From an uncultured delta proteobacterium (GTDB lineage: Bacteria > Myxococcota_A > Polyangia > Fen-1088): DNA of 64,000 nucleotides. How positions within the stretch are numbered: position 1 is the stretch's first letter; each line of letters starts with the position of its first letter. Below the pieces are notes generated by a model. That model was given only the letters and a program-made list of their open reading frames with translations, was not told the DNA's origin and searched no databases. The DNA lies in the NCBI GenBank assembly GCA_963755125.1, contig CAVWIP010000017.1, forward strand, positions 160,001-224,000, given 5' to 3'. The translations under genes and the position numbers were made by a program. Below are positions 27,996 through 38,185 of the stretch, piece after piece.

Positions 27996-30170
27996 CTACG
28001 ACGACATATCGAAGCCGAGCTGTTCGGCGAGGGCACGTAGGGCTTTGGGAGGACGGCGGTGGCCGGCCCGGAAGAAGGACAGGTGTTCCCACACCGCCTC
28101 CTGGGCGCGGGGGGCTAGTTCGCCATCAGGCCGCAGGGCCGCGCGCTCGGCTAAGCGTAGAGCCGTCTCCCAGGCCGAAAGATCGCTCACGCTGGGCGAG
28201 AGATTTTCGAGGAACTTGATCAGCGCGACGGCAAAAATGTGCGCCAGCGACGTCACTTCGTCTGCGGAGAGCGGGCCCGCCTGATCGGCGGTGTCCAGCA
28301 GCGCCTGGCATCCGGCGGTGCTGCTGGCCTGATCGGCCATGCGCGCCAGGATTCCCATGCGTAGGGCCGCAGCGCCATCGGAGTCGAGATTGGCCAGGGC
28401 TAGACGCTGTTTGCCGATCTGGCATGCAAAATCCGCCTTGCCGTCGTATCGGGCGGAGAAGGCGAGGGCCGTGGTTTCGCCGGTCCGGCGCTGCACCACC
28501 GTGGCCTGGCCCGCCAACGCCAGCTTGTCCCGGCCCGCGCGCTCGGGAACGATCGCGACGTCGAAGCCGGGCACCTCGCGCAGCGTGGCCGGCGAGGATG
28601 CAAGTGTGGCAAAGGCTGCGCTGGCCACGGCGATGGCCGGGGTGACACGCGCCTGGCAGGCCCGGCGAAAAACGTCGGCGCCTGTGCCGAGGCTGGGTTG
28701 ATTGCTCTTGGCGCGAGCCAAGATGTCCAGCAATGCGCTTTCTGGTGGACGGCCGCCCAACCCGCGCCACACATCCATGGCGTGGGCGGCACGCCGCAAG
28801 CCGATCATGCTCTCCAGACCGGCGATGTCGTCGAAGAACCAGGCGCAGCTGGCGTACATGAGGAGCAAGGATCGCTGCATCTCCATCAGCCCGAGGGCGC
28901 GCTGTGCGGCGTGGGCCTGGCCTTGCTTGAGCGGACCGCGGCCGATGGACTGCAGGCGCCGCATGCGCTGCTCGGGAGGCGCATCCACGATCTCGCCGTA
29001 GCCATCACGGGCTTGCCACGGATCCGCGAAGAGATCATCCGCCGCATCGGCGAAGAAACCGGCGGCTCGGTCGCGCAGCCGATCGAACGCCTCTCGTAGC
29101 GGGCCGCGCCAGGACTGGGCCCAGCCGCGGCTGGTGTCCATGGCACAGCCGCAGTTCCGCCGCCAGCGGCCCACGCCGTGCGAGCAACTCCACGCCGTTC
29201 CCTCGCCGTCGGGTCCCGGCTGCAACTGGGCTTCCCAGGTGGGCGGCTGGCGTTGCACAAAGGCGGCCAGGTTGGTGACCTCGATCTCCGCCGAGGCCGC
29301 CCCCACCTGCGTGGCGTAGGCCAGGGTCAGATCCGCGAACTTTTTGTGGTGGCCATAGAGCTCGCCGTCGGTGGCAGCCAGCACCAGGTGGCGGCCCTCC
29401 GCGCTGGATCGATCGGCCGCTTTGCGCACGGCTGCCAGGAAAGTGCCAGCGTCGCGGGCGGCAGTACCGAAAGCCAGGTCGCGCGACACCGGCCCGTCGA
29501 AGATAGCCAGGGCGATGGAGCGGCCCGAGCCGTCGGGATGCGGCCAGCGATACAGGCGTCCCGTGTCCAGGGTGTTCGCATTGACGGCAAGCCATTCCTT
29601 GCCTGGCTTGCGCACGGCTGCAATTTGCTCGGGCGCCAGGATGGTGAAGCGGACCTGCGCGTCGATGAGCGCCTCGAGCGTGGGCGCGTCCACCGCAGTT
29701 TCCGGCAGCCAGATGCCCTCGGCGTCACGGCCGAAGCGGCGGCGGAAATCGTGCAGGCCCCAGGCGATCTGGGTTTGCCGGTCCCGGGGCGACAGCAGGG
29801 GCGCGATGGGGTGCGCCCACACTTGGGCGATGCCACCGCCCTGGCCCAGACGCTGGCGCTGGCTGGCATCGCCCTCGCGAATGCGCCGCGCGGCGTGCGG
29901 ATCGTGTGGTTCGAGCCAGCGCGCCAGGGTGGGGCCGAAGTCAAACGTGAGTCGATCGTAGTTGTTGACCAGCGACTTGATCTTGTTGCCACCCTGGAAG
30001 ATGCGTGCGTAGGCGTTGGCGCGATAGCATTCGGCATGGATGCGCGCGTTCCAGTCGTGAAAGGGCGCGGCCCCCGGTTCACGCGGTACCTCGTCGGTCC
30101 AGGGGTTTTCGCGCGGCGGCTGATAGAAGTGGCCGTGAACGACGAGCGCGATAGGACGGGGCTTGGCCAT
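27996..30170 (-). CDS. Glycoside hydrolase family 57 / DUF3536 protein
   Basis: 'HGHFYQPPRENPW', 'GIWLPETA', 'DGELYGHH', 'WSCSHGVGRW', 'SCAWFFDD'. Confidence 0.9.
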   Translation of the reverse strand: MAKPRPIALVVHGHFYQPPRENPWTDEVPREPGAAPFHDWNARIHAECYRANAYARIFQGGNKIKSLVNNYDRLTFDFGPTLARWLEPHDPHAARRIREGDASQRQRLGQGGGIAQVWAHPIAPLLSPRDRQTQIAWGLHDFRRRFGRDAEGIWLPETAVDAPTLEALIDAQVRFTILAPEQIAAVRKPGKEWLAVNANTLDTGRLYRWPHPDGSGRSIALAIFDGPVSRDLAFGTAARDAGTFLAAVRKAADRSSAEGRHLVLAATDGELYGHHKKFADLTLAYATQVGAASAEIEVTNLAAFVQRQPPTWEAQLQPGPDGEGTAWSCSHGVGRWRRNCGCAMDTSRGWAQSWRGPLREAFDRLRDRAAGFFADAADDLFADPWQARDGYGEIVDAPPEQRMRRLQSIGRGPLKQGQAHAAQRALGLMEMQRSLLLMYASCAWFFDDIAGLESMIGLRRAAHAMDVWRGLGGRPPESALLDILARAKSNQPSLGTGADVFRRACQARVTPAIAVASAAFATLASSPATLREVPGFDVAIVPERAGRDKLALAGQATVVQRRTGETTALAFSARYDGKADFACQIGKQRLALANLDSDGAAALRMGILARMADQASSTAGCQALLDTADQAGPLSADEVTSLAHIFAVALIKFLENLSPSVSDLSAWETALRLAERAALRPDGELAPRAQEAVWEHLSFFRAGHRRPPKALRALAEQLGFDMSS

Positions 30171-30180
30171 GGGGGCGAGT

Positions 30181-31434
30181 CTAGAAATCGCGCGCGCGGG
30201 TCAGCCAGGTATCACCCGCCTTTCCCACCACGGTGATTCCGCCCTCGCTGACATGGTGGCGGACAGCGTCGCGCGCCAGATCGTGGCCGATGTGATCGCC
30301 CGCCGCCACGCGAACGTTCTTGTCGACGATGGCGCGCTGGATGCGTGCGCCCGGACCGACGAAGACGTTGTCGAACAGGATGCTGTCGCGCACCTCCGCG
30401 CCTTCGTCGACCCACACGTTGCGTCCGAGCACGCAGTCCTTGACGAAGCCGCCGGCGATCACGCACCCGCTCGACATGATGGACTGCACCAGCGTGCCGC
30501 GCCGCCGCTCGTCGTCGAACACCAGCTTGGAAGGCGGGTCAGGGTAGTTCTGGCTGATGATGGGCCACTCCCAGTTGTACAGATTGAATCGAGGCACGAC
30601 GTTCTTCAGGTCCATGTTGGCCTCGTAGTACGACTCGATGGTGCCGACGTCGCGCCAGTAGCCCTGTTCGCCCACGGCGGTGACACCCGGGATGATGTTG
30701 CGGGAAAAATCGTACCAGTACACCCGGCCAGTCTTGACCAGCGAGGGCAGGATGTCGCAGCCGAAGTCGTGGTGGGTGTCCTGGCGGGAGTCTGCCTCCA
30801 GCGCTTCATGGAGCGCCAGGGGCGCGAAGATGTAGTTGCCCATGGAGGCCAGCGCCCGCGTCGGGTCGCCCGGGATGGTGGTGACGCCGTCCTGCGGTTT
30901 CTCCTGGAAGCCGGTCACCCGACCAGTGGCGTCGCTCTCGACGATGCCGAAGCCTGCGGCCTCGCCCGCCGGCACCGGCAGACAGGCGATGGTGGCCAGC
31001 GCATCCTTGCTGCGGTGGAAATCGACCATCTGGCGGATGTTCATCTTGTAGACGTGGTCGGCGCCGAACACCAGCACCATGTCGGGACGAAAGATCTCGA
31101 CCAGGTGGAAGTTCTGGTGAATGGCATCGGCGGTGCCGCGGTACCAGCTTTCGCCCGTGCGCATCTGCGCGGGCACGATGGTCACGAAGTCGGCGTGCGT
31201 GCTGCGCGCGCCCCAGGTGCGCTGCACGTGTTCGACCAAAGATTGCGCCTTGTACTGGGTCAGCACGTAGATGGCCCGCACCCCCGAGTTGTGCATGTTC
31301 GACAGCACGAAGTCGACGATGCGGTAGCGTCCGCCGAAGGGAACGGCAGGCTTTGCGCGGTCACGCGTCAGGGGGAAAAGGCGCTCCCCTTTTCCGCCGG
31401 CCATGATGAAGGCGAGGAGGCGAGGCTGGTCCAT
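30181..31434 (-). CDS. glgC: Glucose-1-phosphate adenylyltransferase
   Basis: 'AGGKGERLFPLT..RAKPAVPFGG', 'WYRGTADA', 'YWRDVGT'. Confidence 0.97.
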   Translation of the reverse strand: MDQPRLLAFIMAGGKGERLFPLTRDRAKPAVPFGGRYRIVDFVLSNMHNSGVRAIYVLTQYKAQSLVEHVQRTWGARSTHADFVTIVPAQMRTGESWYRGTADAIHQNFHLVEIFRPDMVLVFGADHVYKMNIRQMVDFHRSKDALATIACLPVPAGEAAGFGIVESDATGRVTGFQEKPQDGVTTIPGDPTRALASMGNYIFAPLALHEALEADSRQDTHHDFGCDILPSLVKTGRVYWYDFSRNIIPGVTAVGEQGYWRDVGTIESYYEANMDLKNVVPRFNLYNWEWPIISQNYPDPPSKLVFDDERRRGTLVQSIMSSGCVIAGGFVKDCVLGRNVWVDEGAEVRDSILFDNVFVGPGARIQRAIVDKNVRVAAGDHIGHDLARDAVRHHVSEGGITVVGKAGDTWLTRARDF

Positions 31435-31470
31435 GAGATTGGCCGGACCATTATATCTCCGAATTGGTCT

Positions 31471-31629
31471 AGAGCACCGAACGGTTTGCCTCCCGTCGCG
31501 AAATCGCGGATTTGCGTCGCGTCCCTTCGTTGCTCCTCGGTCGAATACGTCGAGTATTCTCCCTCGTCGCGCCTCGGGCCGCTCGCAACTGCGCAATTTC
31601 GCTCGGTCCGGCAAACCGCCCGGTGCTCT
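31471..31629. repeat. 159-bp bulged palindromic element (MITE/REP-like)
   Basis: Terminal IR AGAGCACCG/CGGTGCTCT, nested CGGTTTGCC/GGCAAACCG and GCGAAAT/ATTTCGC, apical GAATAC-GTCGA-GTATTC. Confidence 0.8.
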
Positions 31630-31660
31630 CGCGCCTGGTTTGTGACAAACTGCCCCCCCT

Positions 31661-33805
31661 ATGTCGCCGGAAGAGAAGCTGTATCACCAACTGCACGAGC
31701 TCTCGATGAACATGTGGTGGGCCTGGAACCCATCCGTGATCAAGCTGTTTCGCGATCTCGATCCCGAGGGATTTCGCGCGTCCAAGCACAACCCGCTCAA
31801 GGTGGTGAAGAACCTGAGCCCGGAACGGGTGTGCGAGCTGGTTCAGGACGCGGCTTTTCGCGCCCGCGCCGACCGGGTGTACCGCGAGTTTCACGCCTAT
31901 GTGTCGCCCAACGCGCACACCTGGGCTCAGACCGAGGCTGCGCCGTTGCGCGTGCGGCCGGTCGCGTACCTGTCGGCGGAATTCGGCATTCACGAGTCAC
32001 TGCCCATCTACAGCGGTGGTCTCGGCGTGCTGGCCGGCGATCATGTCAAGACGGCGTCCGATCTCGGTCTGGCCTTGGTGGCGGTGGGCCTTTTCTACCG
32101 CCAGTCCTATTTCCGCCAGCACATCGACGCTGTGGGCCGACAGCACGCCGAGTACGAGAGCGCGCCCGAGGAGTACCTGGCGGCCAAGCGCAAGCAGGAC
32201 CGGGACGGCAAGCCCCTCATCATCGAAGTGCCGCTGGGCCGCGAGATGCTGCGCGCGCAGGTGTGGCAGGTCAATGTGGGGCGCAACCAGCTTCTGCTCC
32301 TCGACACGGACCTGGACGGCAATTCGGATGAGAACCGCAAGCTGGCCGCGAGGCTCTATTTCGGTGATCAGCGCGTGCGTATCCGGCAGGAACTTCTGCT
32401 GGGCGTGGGCGGCATCCGCGCCCTGCGCGCCGCGGGCATCGACTGGAGCGGGCTTCATCTCAACGAGGGTCACAGCGCCTTTGCCACGCTCGAGTACGCG
32501 CGCCTGCGCATGGAGGAGACCGGCGCGGATTTCTGGACGGTGGCGCAGGACGTGGCGCAGTCGACGGTCTTCACCACGCACACGCCGGTCGACGCGGGCC
32601 ACGATCGTTTTCCGCCTGAGCTGGTCGAGGAATATCTCGAACCGCTGCGCCTGTCGCTGCGCCTGTCGAAGGAGGAGTTCATGGGACTGGGCCGGGTGCG
32701 GCCGCAGGATGCGCACGAGGCCCTGTGCATGACGGTGCTGGCCTTCAAGATGTCACGCTACGCGAACAGTGTGTCGTGCCTGCACGGCCGGGTGACCAGG
32801 CGGGCGTGGCAGGCGCTCTGGCCGCACCACCGCGAAGATGAGGTGCCGGTGGGTCACATCACCAACGGGGTACACGTGCGCACCTGGTTGGCGCCGGCCA
32901 TGCAGGAACTGTATAGCCGACACGTCGGCCCCGACTGGGGCGAGAATCTGCCTGACCCGAAGATGTGGGCCCGCATCGACAGCGTTCTCGACGCTGAACT
33001 GTGGGAGACCCACCGCACGCTCAAAGCCACTCTGGTCAATTTCGTCCGGCGTGCGGCGGAAGAGCAGCGCAGGCGCAACAGCCACAGCGAGGAACTGATC
33101 GAGGCCGCGAAGACGACCCTTGATGCCGATGTCCTGACCATTGGGTTTGCCCGCCGCTTTGCCACCTACAAGCGGGGGAACTTGCTCTTCACCAACATGG
33201 AGCGCCTGCGGCGCCTCCTGCTCGATGCCCATCGGCCGGTGCAGCTCATTTTCGCTGGCAAGGCGCATCCGGACGACCAGCCCGGCAAGGAGCTTCTGCG
33301 CACGGTCTACCAGGCCAGTCTGCTGCCCGACTTGCGCTCGCGCATCGTTTTCGTCGAGGACTACGACATCAACGTGGCTCGCCATCTGGTGCAGGGCGTG
33401 GACGTGTGGCTGAATACCCCGCGCCGGCCGCAGGAGGCCAGCGGAACCAGCGGACAGAAAGTCTTGCTCAACGGCGGCCTCAATCTCTCCGTCCTCGACG
33501 GCTGGTGGGCCGAGGCCTACGACGGGCTGAACGGGTTCGCCATCGGCAACGGCGTCTGCCACGTGTCGACCGCCGAGCAGGACAGACGCGACGCCGAGTC
33601 GCTGTACCAGGTGCTGGAAACCGAGGTCGTGCCCCTGTACTACGAGCAGGATGAGCACGGCGTGCCGCACGGCTGGGTGGCGCGTATCAAGCGGGCCATC
33701 CGCACCCTCGGCTGGCGCTTCAACACCGACCGCATGGTGCGGGACTACGTGCGCGAGTGCTACCTGCCGTCTGCGGGCGTGAATAGCTGCGCGATGCCGA
33801 AGTAA
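31661..33805 (+). CDS. glgP: Alpha-glucan (glycogen) phosphorylase
   Basis: 'YSGGLGVLAGDH.K', 'FARRFATYKR', 'EASGTSGQK'. Confidence 0.96.
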   Translation: MSPEEKLYHQLHELSMNMWWAWNPSVIKLFRDLDPEGFRASKHNPLKVVKNLSPERVCELVQDAAFRARADRVYREFHAYVSPNAHTWAQTEAAPLRVRPVAYLSAEFGIHESLPIYSGGLGVLAGDHVKTASDLGLALVAVGLFYRQSYFRQHIDAVGRQHAEYESAPEEYLAAKRKQDRDGKPLIIEVPLGREMLRAQVWQVNVGRNQLLLLDTDLDGNSDENRKLAARLYFGDQRVRIRQELLLGVGGIRALRAAGIDWSGLHLNEGHSAFATLEYARLRMEETGADFWTVAQDVAQSTVFTTHTPVDAGHDRFPPELVEEYLEPLRLSLRLSKEEFMGLGRVRPQDAHEALCMTVLAFKMSRYANSVSCLHGRVTRRAWQALWPHHREDEVPVGHITNGVHVRTWLAPAMQELYSRHVGPDWGENLPDPKMWARIDSVLDAELWETHRTLKATLVNFVRRAAEEQRRRNSHSEELIEAAKTTLDADVLTIGFARRFATYKRGNLLFTNMERLRRLLLDAHRPVQLIFAGKAHPDDQPGKELLRTVYQASLLPDLRSRIVFVEDYDINVARHLVQGVDVWLNTPRRPQEASGTSGQKVLLNGGLNLSVLDGWWAEAYDGLNGFAIGNGVCHVSTAEQDRRDAESLYQVLETEVVPLYYEQDEHGVPHGWVARIKRAIRTLGWRFNTDRMVRDYVRECYLPSAGVNSCAMPK

Positions 33806-34018
33806 AGTACCGGCGCCGGTGGCCGGAGGCCGACGCCGGTCGCCGGAACCGGTGGCCGGGGTTGGCGAGACGCGCGGGGCAAGCGAGTCGGGCAGAATCC
33901 GAGAGAACTGGAGTTGACGCGCTGGCTGGATCGCATCTGGCGAAGCGCCACGCGTGGATCACGCGGTGACGTAGGCTGGCTCGGCGAATTTGCTGTACCT
34001 GCTGCCCACTGAAGGCGG

Positions 34019-34369
34019 TTACGCCGCCTTGGACGTCTGGCGGACTGGATCTTGATCGGTCCAAGCGTCGCGCTGAAGCTGACGCCCGAGCTTTCTCAGG
34101 GCGCTGAGCTCGATCTGGCGCACCCGCTCGCGCGTGAGCGCGAAGCGCGCCGCGATCTCCTCCAGGGTCATGCCGCCGTGGTCAGCGGCTTCCAGCGCGC
34201 AGGCCTCGCGCAGAACTGGTTCATTGGCATGGGCCGGTTTGGCCCCGCGGGTGTCGCGCGTCTCGGCCGTCAGGTTGAAGCGGCAGATGGCGTACGGGCA
34301 GGGGCCGGGCAACCGGCGGCACGCGCCGTGCGTACTCTCGAAGATGTTGATGCGGGAAGCGTCTGCCAT
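34019..34369 (-). CDS. Small Cys4 + sigma70 region-4 HTH protein (paralogue 1)
   Basis: 'CRRLPGPCPYAIC...ACALEAADHGGMTLEEIAARFALTRERVRQIE..ALRKL'. Confidence 0.8.
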   Translation of the reverse strand: MADASRINIFESTHGACRRLPGPCPYAICRFNLTAETRDTRGAKPAHANEPVLREACALEAADHGGMTLEEIAARFALTRERVRQIELSALRKLGRQLQRDAWTDQDPVRQTSKAA

Positions 34370-34503
34370 GTCTGATCTCTCGGTTAGGGGGTGGCTCGCT
34401 GCGAGCATCCGTCCAATGACATTTGCTTCGGCACCTCGGCCAAGAAACTTGAGGCCTAGTTCGAAGGGCTTTCGAAGCCCCACACCTTAGATGCCGAACG
34501 GGG

Positions 34504-35505
34504 CTATTTCTGAACAGGTGCGCCGGCCGCGTCGTCGGCTGTCTTTTCAGGGAGTTGGATTCGGATATGTGCCCGACGTGCAAAGGTGAACAAGGCCACC
34601 AACCCCACGATGACCGCGTACCACAGGGTGCACAGCCGCGTGACGAAGGTGGCGGCGGCGGCCACGCTGCGCCCGGTGCCGGTGCCCAGTTGCCCGAGCA
34701 GGGCGAGCATGCCCGCCTCGGTGACACCCAACCCACCGGGTAGAAACGAGAGTGCGCCGGCCACGGTCATGGAGGCGTAGATGAAGGTGCCGGCCTGCAT
34801 TCCGATGGCAGCGCCGGGAAAGCCGTGAACCACCACCCAGAAGGCCACGCACTCGCAGTACCAGCTCAGTGTGGACAGCAGCACCGCGACCACCAGGGGG
34901 CCGGGCCGCAGCAGCGCAGCGGTAGACCGGTAGGCCTCGTGCAATTTGTCGGCAAACGAGCGTACGCCGGGCAGGCGGCTCGACAGCCGCAGGAAGAACA
35001 GAGCGATGGACTCGACCGAGATCACCACCAGGCCCAGTCCAATCACGACGGCGCCGGTGGCCAGAAAACGCCGGTCGACGTGAAATGTGAACACGCCGAC
35101 GCAGGCGAGCAACAACAGGCCGACCAGATCCGTGAAGCGTTCGGCGATGACGATGGGGGCGGTGCGCGCGGCGGGAATTCCGTGCGACTCGCGCAGAAGC
35201 AGAGCCTTGATCGCCTCGCCAAGCTTGCCCGGGGTGACGGTGAGGGAGAAGCCAGCCAGGAAGATGAGGAAGCTGTGCCCGACCGTCACCTGCTGCAGGC
35301 CAAGTACTTTCAGGTAGTAGTGCCAGCGCGCGAAGCGAACGCCGTAGTTGAGCGAAGCCAGCGCGAGTGCGATCGACGCCACGGCCCAGTTGAAGGTGGC
35401 CAGAGCGTGCCCGACGCTGCGGGCCCCGGCCCAGACCGAGAAGCCGACGTAGATAGCCACGCCAGCGGCAACCCCGAGGGTCACGCGCCAAATCAGTTTC
35501 CTCAC
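34504..35505 (-). CDS. Lysylphosphatidylglycerol-synthase TM / flippase-like membrane protein
   Basis: 'RFARW', 'TPGKLGE', 'ERFTD', 'LPGGLGVTEA', 'RLCTLW'. Confidence 0.85.
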   Translation of the reverse strand: MRKLIWRVTLGVAAGVAIYVGFSVWAGARSVGHALATFNWAVASIALALASLNYGVRFARWHYYLKVLGLQQVTVGHSFLIFLAGFSLTVTPGKLGEAIKALLLRESHGIPAARTAPIVIAERFTDLVGLLLLACVGVFTFHVDRRFLATGAVVIGLGLVVISVESIALFFLRLSSRLPGVRSFADKLHEAYRSTAALLRPGPLVVAVLLSTLSWYCECVAFWVVVHGFPGAAIGMQAGTFIYASMTVAGALSFLPGGLGVTEAGMLALLGQLGTGTGRSVAAAATFVTRLCTLWYAVIVGLVALFTFARRAHIRIQLPEKTADDAAGAPVQK

Positions 35506-35591
35506 AGTTCACCCCAGACTTGGCGTGTGGGTCTGGCTGGATAGCGATCTGCCGTTGAGAACACAGAGAAAAGAGGAGAGGACACGGAGGA

Positions 35592-37460
35592 CTAACCCTC
35601 CACGCCCTGGTCGCGCAGCTTCTCGACGCGCTTGCGCTCGTTGTGATCCAGGATACGCTTGCGCAGCCGGATATTCTTGGGGGTCACCTCGACCAGTTCA
35701 TCCTGGTTGATGAGTTCAAGCGCGGCTTCCAGGGTGAGGGCCAAGGGGGGCGTGAGGAAAAGCTTCTCGTCGGCGGCGGTGGTGCGGATGTTGGTCAGCT
35801 TCTTGGCCTTGGACGGGTTGACGATGATGTCGTTGCCGCGCGCGTGCAGGCCCACCACCTGGCCGCCGTAAACGGGCACGCCCGGCGGCAGCAGCAAGGC
35901 CCCGCGTTCCTGCAGGTAGAAGAGGGCGTAGGTGTTGGTCTGGCCGGGGTCCTGCGCAATGAGCACGCCATTGGTCCGACCCTTGAACGTGCCCGCGTAG
36001 GGGCCATAGTGGGTGAAGTTGTGGTTGAGAATGCCGGTGCCGCGCGTGTCGGTGAGAAACTGCGAGCGGTAGCCGATAAGCCCGCGCGACGGAATCACGT
36101 ACTCCAGGCGCATGCGGCCTTCGCCCGCCGGCCCCATCTCCTGCATGCGGCCGCCACGCCGGCCCAGCTCCTCGATGACCGGGCCGTTGTAGGCCTCGTC
36201 GAGATCGATCACAAGTTCCTCGTATGGCTCCAGCTTTTCGCCGTTCGGTCCCTCCTTGAAGATCACCTGTGGCTGGGACACCATCAGCTCGTAACCTTCG
36301 CGGCGCATGGTTTCGATCAGCACCGACAGGTGCAACTCGCCGCGGCCCAGGACCTCGAAGGTGTCGGGCGAGTCGGTCTCCAGCACGCGCAGAGCGACGT
36401 TGGCTTTCAGCTCCTTGAACAGCCGCTCGCGTATGTTGCGTGAGGTGACGAACTTGCCCTCGTGGCCGCAGAAGGGACCGTTGTTCGACATGAACTGCAT
36501 CTTCACCGTCGGCTCTTCGATCTCGAGCAGAGGCAACACGACCGGGCGGGCGATCTCGGTGATGGTCTCGCCCACGGTCAAGTCCTGCATCCCGGTGATG
36601 GCGCAGATGTCGCCCGCCACGGCTTCCTGAAGCTCGAAGCGCTTGAGCGACTGGTAGCCCAGGATCTTGGCCACGCGGAATTCCTCGCGGCTGCCGTCGC
36701 GATGCACGCACAGGGCGCGTTCGCCCTGGCGGATGCGGCCCGAGAGCATACGGCCGATGGCCACGTAGCCGAGATAGTCGTCGTAGTCGAGCGTGGCCAC
36801 GTGCATGGACAGGGGGGCTTCCATGTCGGCCAGAGGCGGGGGCGCGGCCTGCACGACCAAGTCGAGCAGAGGCGACAGATCCTTGTGTTCGTCCTTGAGA
36901 TCCTTGACCGCGTAGCCCTCGCGGCCCGAGGCGTACACCACCGGGAAATCGAGTTGCTCTTCACTGGCCCCCAGCGCGCAGAAGAGGTCGAAGGTGTCGT
37001 TGACCGCGCCGTCGGGATCGCAGCCGGCGCGATCGATCTTGTTGACCACCAGGATGGGCCGCAGTCCGAGAGCCAGCGCCTTGCGGGTGACGAAGCGGGT
37101 CTGCGGCATGGGGCCCTCGAAGGCGTCCACCAGCAGCAGGACCGAATCGACCATCTTGAGCACGCGCTCCACCTCGCCGCCGAAGTCGGCGTGGCCGGGC
37201 GTATCCACGATGTTGATGCGCGTGCCCTTCCAGGTGATGGCGGTGAATTTCGCCAGGATGGTGATGCCGCGCTCGCGTTCCAGATCGTTGGAATCCATGG
37301 CGCAGTCGGCGACGACCTCGCCAGGCCGGAAACTGCCCGCCTGGCGCAAGAAACCGTCGACCAGAGTGGTCTTGCCGTGGTCAACGTGGGCGATGATCGC
37401 GATGTTGCGAACGTCGCGGCGGCGAGGCGCTTCGTCAATTTCAGGGGCGGAACTGCTCAT
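35592..37460 (-). CDS. typA: Translational GTPase TypA/BipA
   Basis: '[12 protein letters not shown]', '[11 protein letters not shown]', 'GRGELHL', '[13 protein letters not shown]'. Confidence 0.98.
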   Translation of the reverse strand: MSSSAPEIDEAPRRRDVRNIAIIAHVDHGKTTLVDGFLRQAGSFRPGEVVADCAMDSNDLERERGITILAKFTAITWKGTRINIVDTPGHADFGGEVERVLKMVDSVLLLVDAFEGPMPQTRFVTRKALALGLRPILVVNKIDRAGCDPDGAVNDTFDLFCALGASEEQLDFPVVYASGREGYAVKDLKDEHKDLSPLLDLVVQAAPPPLADMEAPLSMHVATLDYDDYLGYVAIGRMLSGRIRQGERALCVHRDGSREEFRVAKILGYQSLKRFELQEAVAGDICAITGMQDLTVGETITEIARPVVLPLLEIEEPTVKMQFMSNNGPFCGHEGKFVTSRNIRERLFKELKANVALRVLETDSPDTFEVLGRGELHLSVLIETMRREGYELMVSQPQVIFKEGPNGEKLEPYEELVIDLDEAYNGPVIEELGRRGGRMQEMGPAGEGRMRLEYVIPSRGLIGYRSQFLTDTRGTGILNHNFTHYGPYAGTFKGRTNGVLIAQDPGQTNTYALFYLQERGALLLPPGVPVYGGQVVGLHARGNDIIVNPSKAKKLTNIRTTAADEKLFLTPPLALTLEAALELINQDELVEVTPKNIRLRKRILDHNERKRVEKLRDQGVEG

Positions 37461-37549
37461 GGGAGGCGGGCAGGCATACCACATCCTGGCCGACAGGCTG
37501 CAATTCACCCCACTGGCTCAACCTCACCCGGTTGCGGTAGGCTAGTCGC

Positions 37550-38185
37550 GTGATGGATCGGAATGGTTTCGAGTTCGATGAACTGCACGCCGAGGAGCGC
37601 GGCCTGCTGCTCGGTCTGAGCCTGTTGGGTGCGAGCGACGGAACCCTGTCCCGTCTGGCCGGGGACCGTCGTCCGGCCTGTGGCAAAGCATGGCAGGCCC
37701 TGCGCCTTCTTCCTCGTTCTGACCGGGCTGCGCTTCTGGCGCTGTGGATCGTCGAAACCAACGCGTCTATTCCGCCGGGCATGGAAAGGCTACACCCGAG
37801 CTGGCTTGCCCAGGCCATCGCCAGTGAGCCAGTGGAGCTTTGGCCGGCGCTGCTTTCGGAGCTGCCCGGGGCGGAGGCCGTGGCGTCGCTCTTGCCGCAA
37901 TCCCATCCAGCGGGCGCGATGGCCAGGGACGCCGAGACCTGGCCACCCGGATCGGTGGCCGAACTGCAGCGCTGTGTTCTTGGTCGACTGGCGCGGCTTT
38001 GTGTGGGGCCTGCGGGGCCGGTGGGCGCAGGCCTGTGTCGCATGGGCTGCGACGAGTTGCTGACCGAGGTTGCCCGCCGGGGCGCGGCGATTCCGCAAGA
38101 GCTGTGCGCCGAGGGAGACGCATCGCTGTGGGCGGTGGCTGGCCGTTTGCCAGCTACGCTGGGGCAGAAGTGGGTGAAATGGTAG
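37550..38185 (+). CDS. Hypothetical protein, positionally SctK-like
   Basis: 'LHPSWL' motif; overlaps the sctL-like gene. Confidence 0.55.
   Translation: MMDRNGFEFDELHAEERGLLLGLSLLGASDGTLSRLAGDRRPACGKAWQALRLLPRSDRAALLALWIVETNASIPPGMERLHPSWLAQAIASEPVELWPALLSELPGAEAVASLLPQSHPAGAMARDAETWPPGSVAELQRCVLGRLARLCVGPAGPVGAGLCRMGCDELLTEVARRGAAIPQELCAEGDASLWAVAGRLPATLGQKWVKW

Noticed and set aside
30163..32331. Long overlapping ORFs such as this 722-aa frame, 817-2283 and 12577-14352
   Set aside because: These are shadow frames typical of high-GC DNA, overlapping well-supported genes and lacking motifs.
33806..34018. ncRNA between glgP and the sigma4-like gene
   Set aside because: It is GC-rich CCGG low-complexity sequence with no recognisable family or second copy.
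34427..34498. c-di-GMP-I (GEMM) riboswitch
   Set aside because: Only the 3' GCCGAA end and a GAAA-like loop resemble it; the GGCAAA and GACGCAAAG cores are missing.
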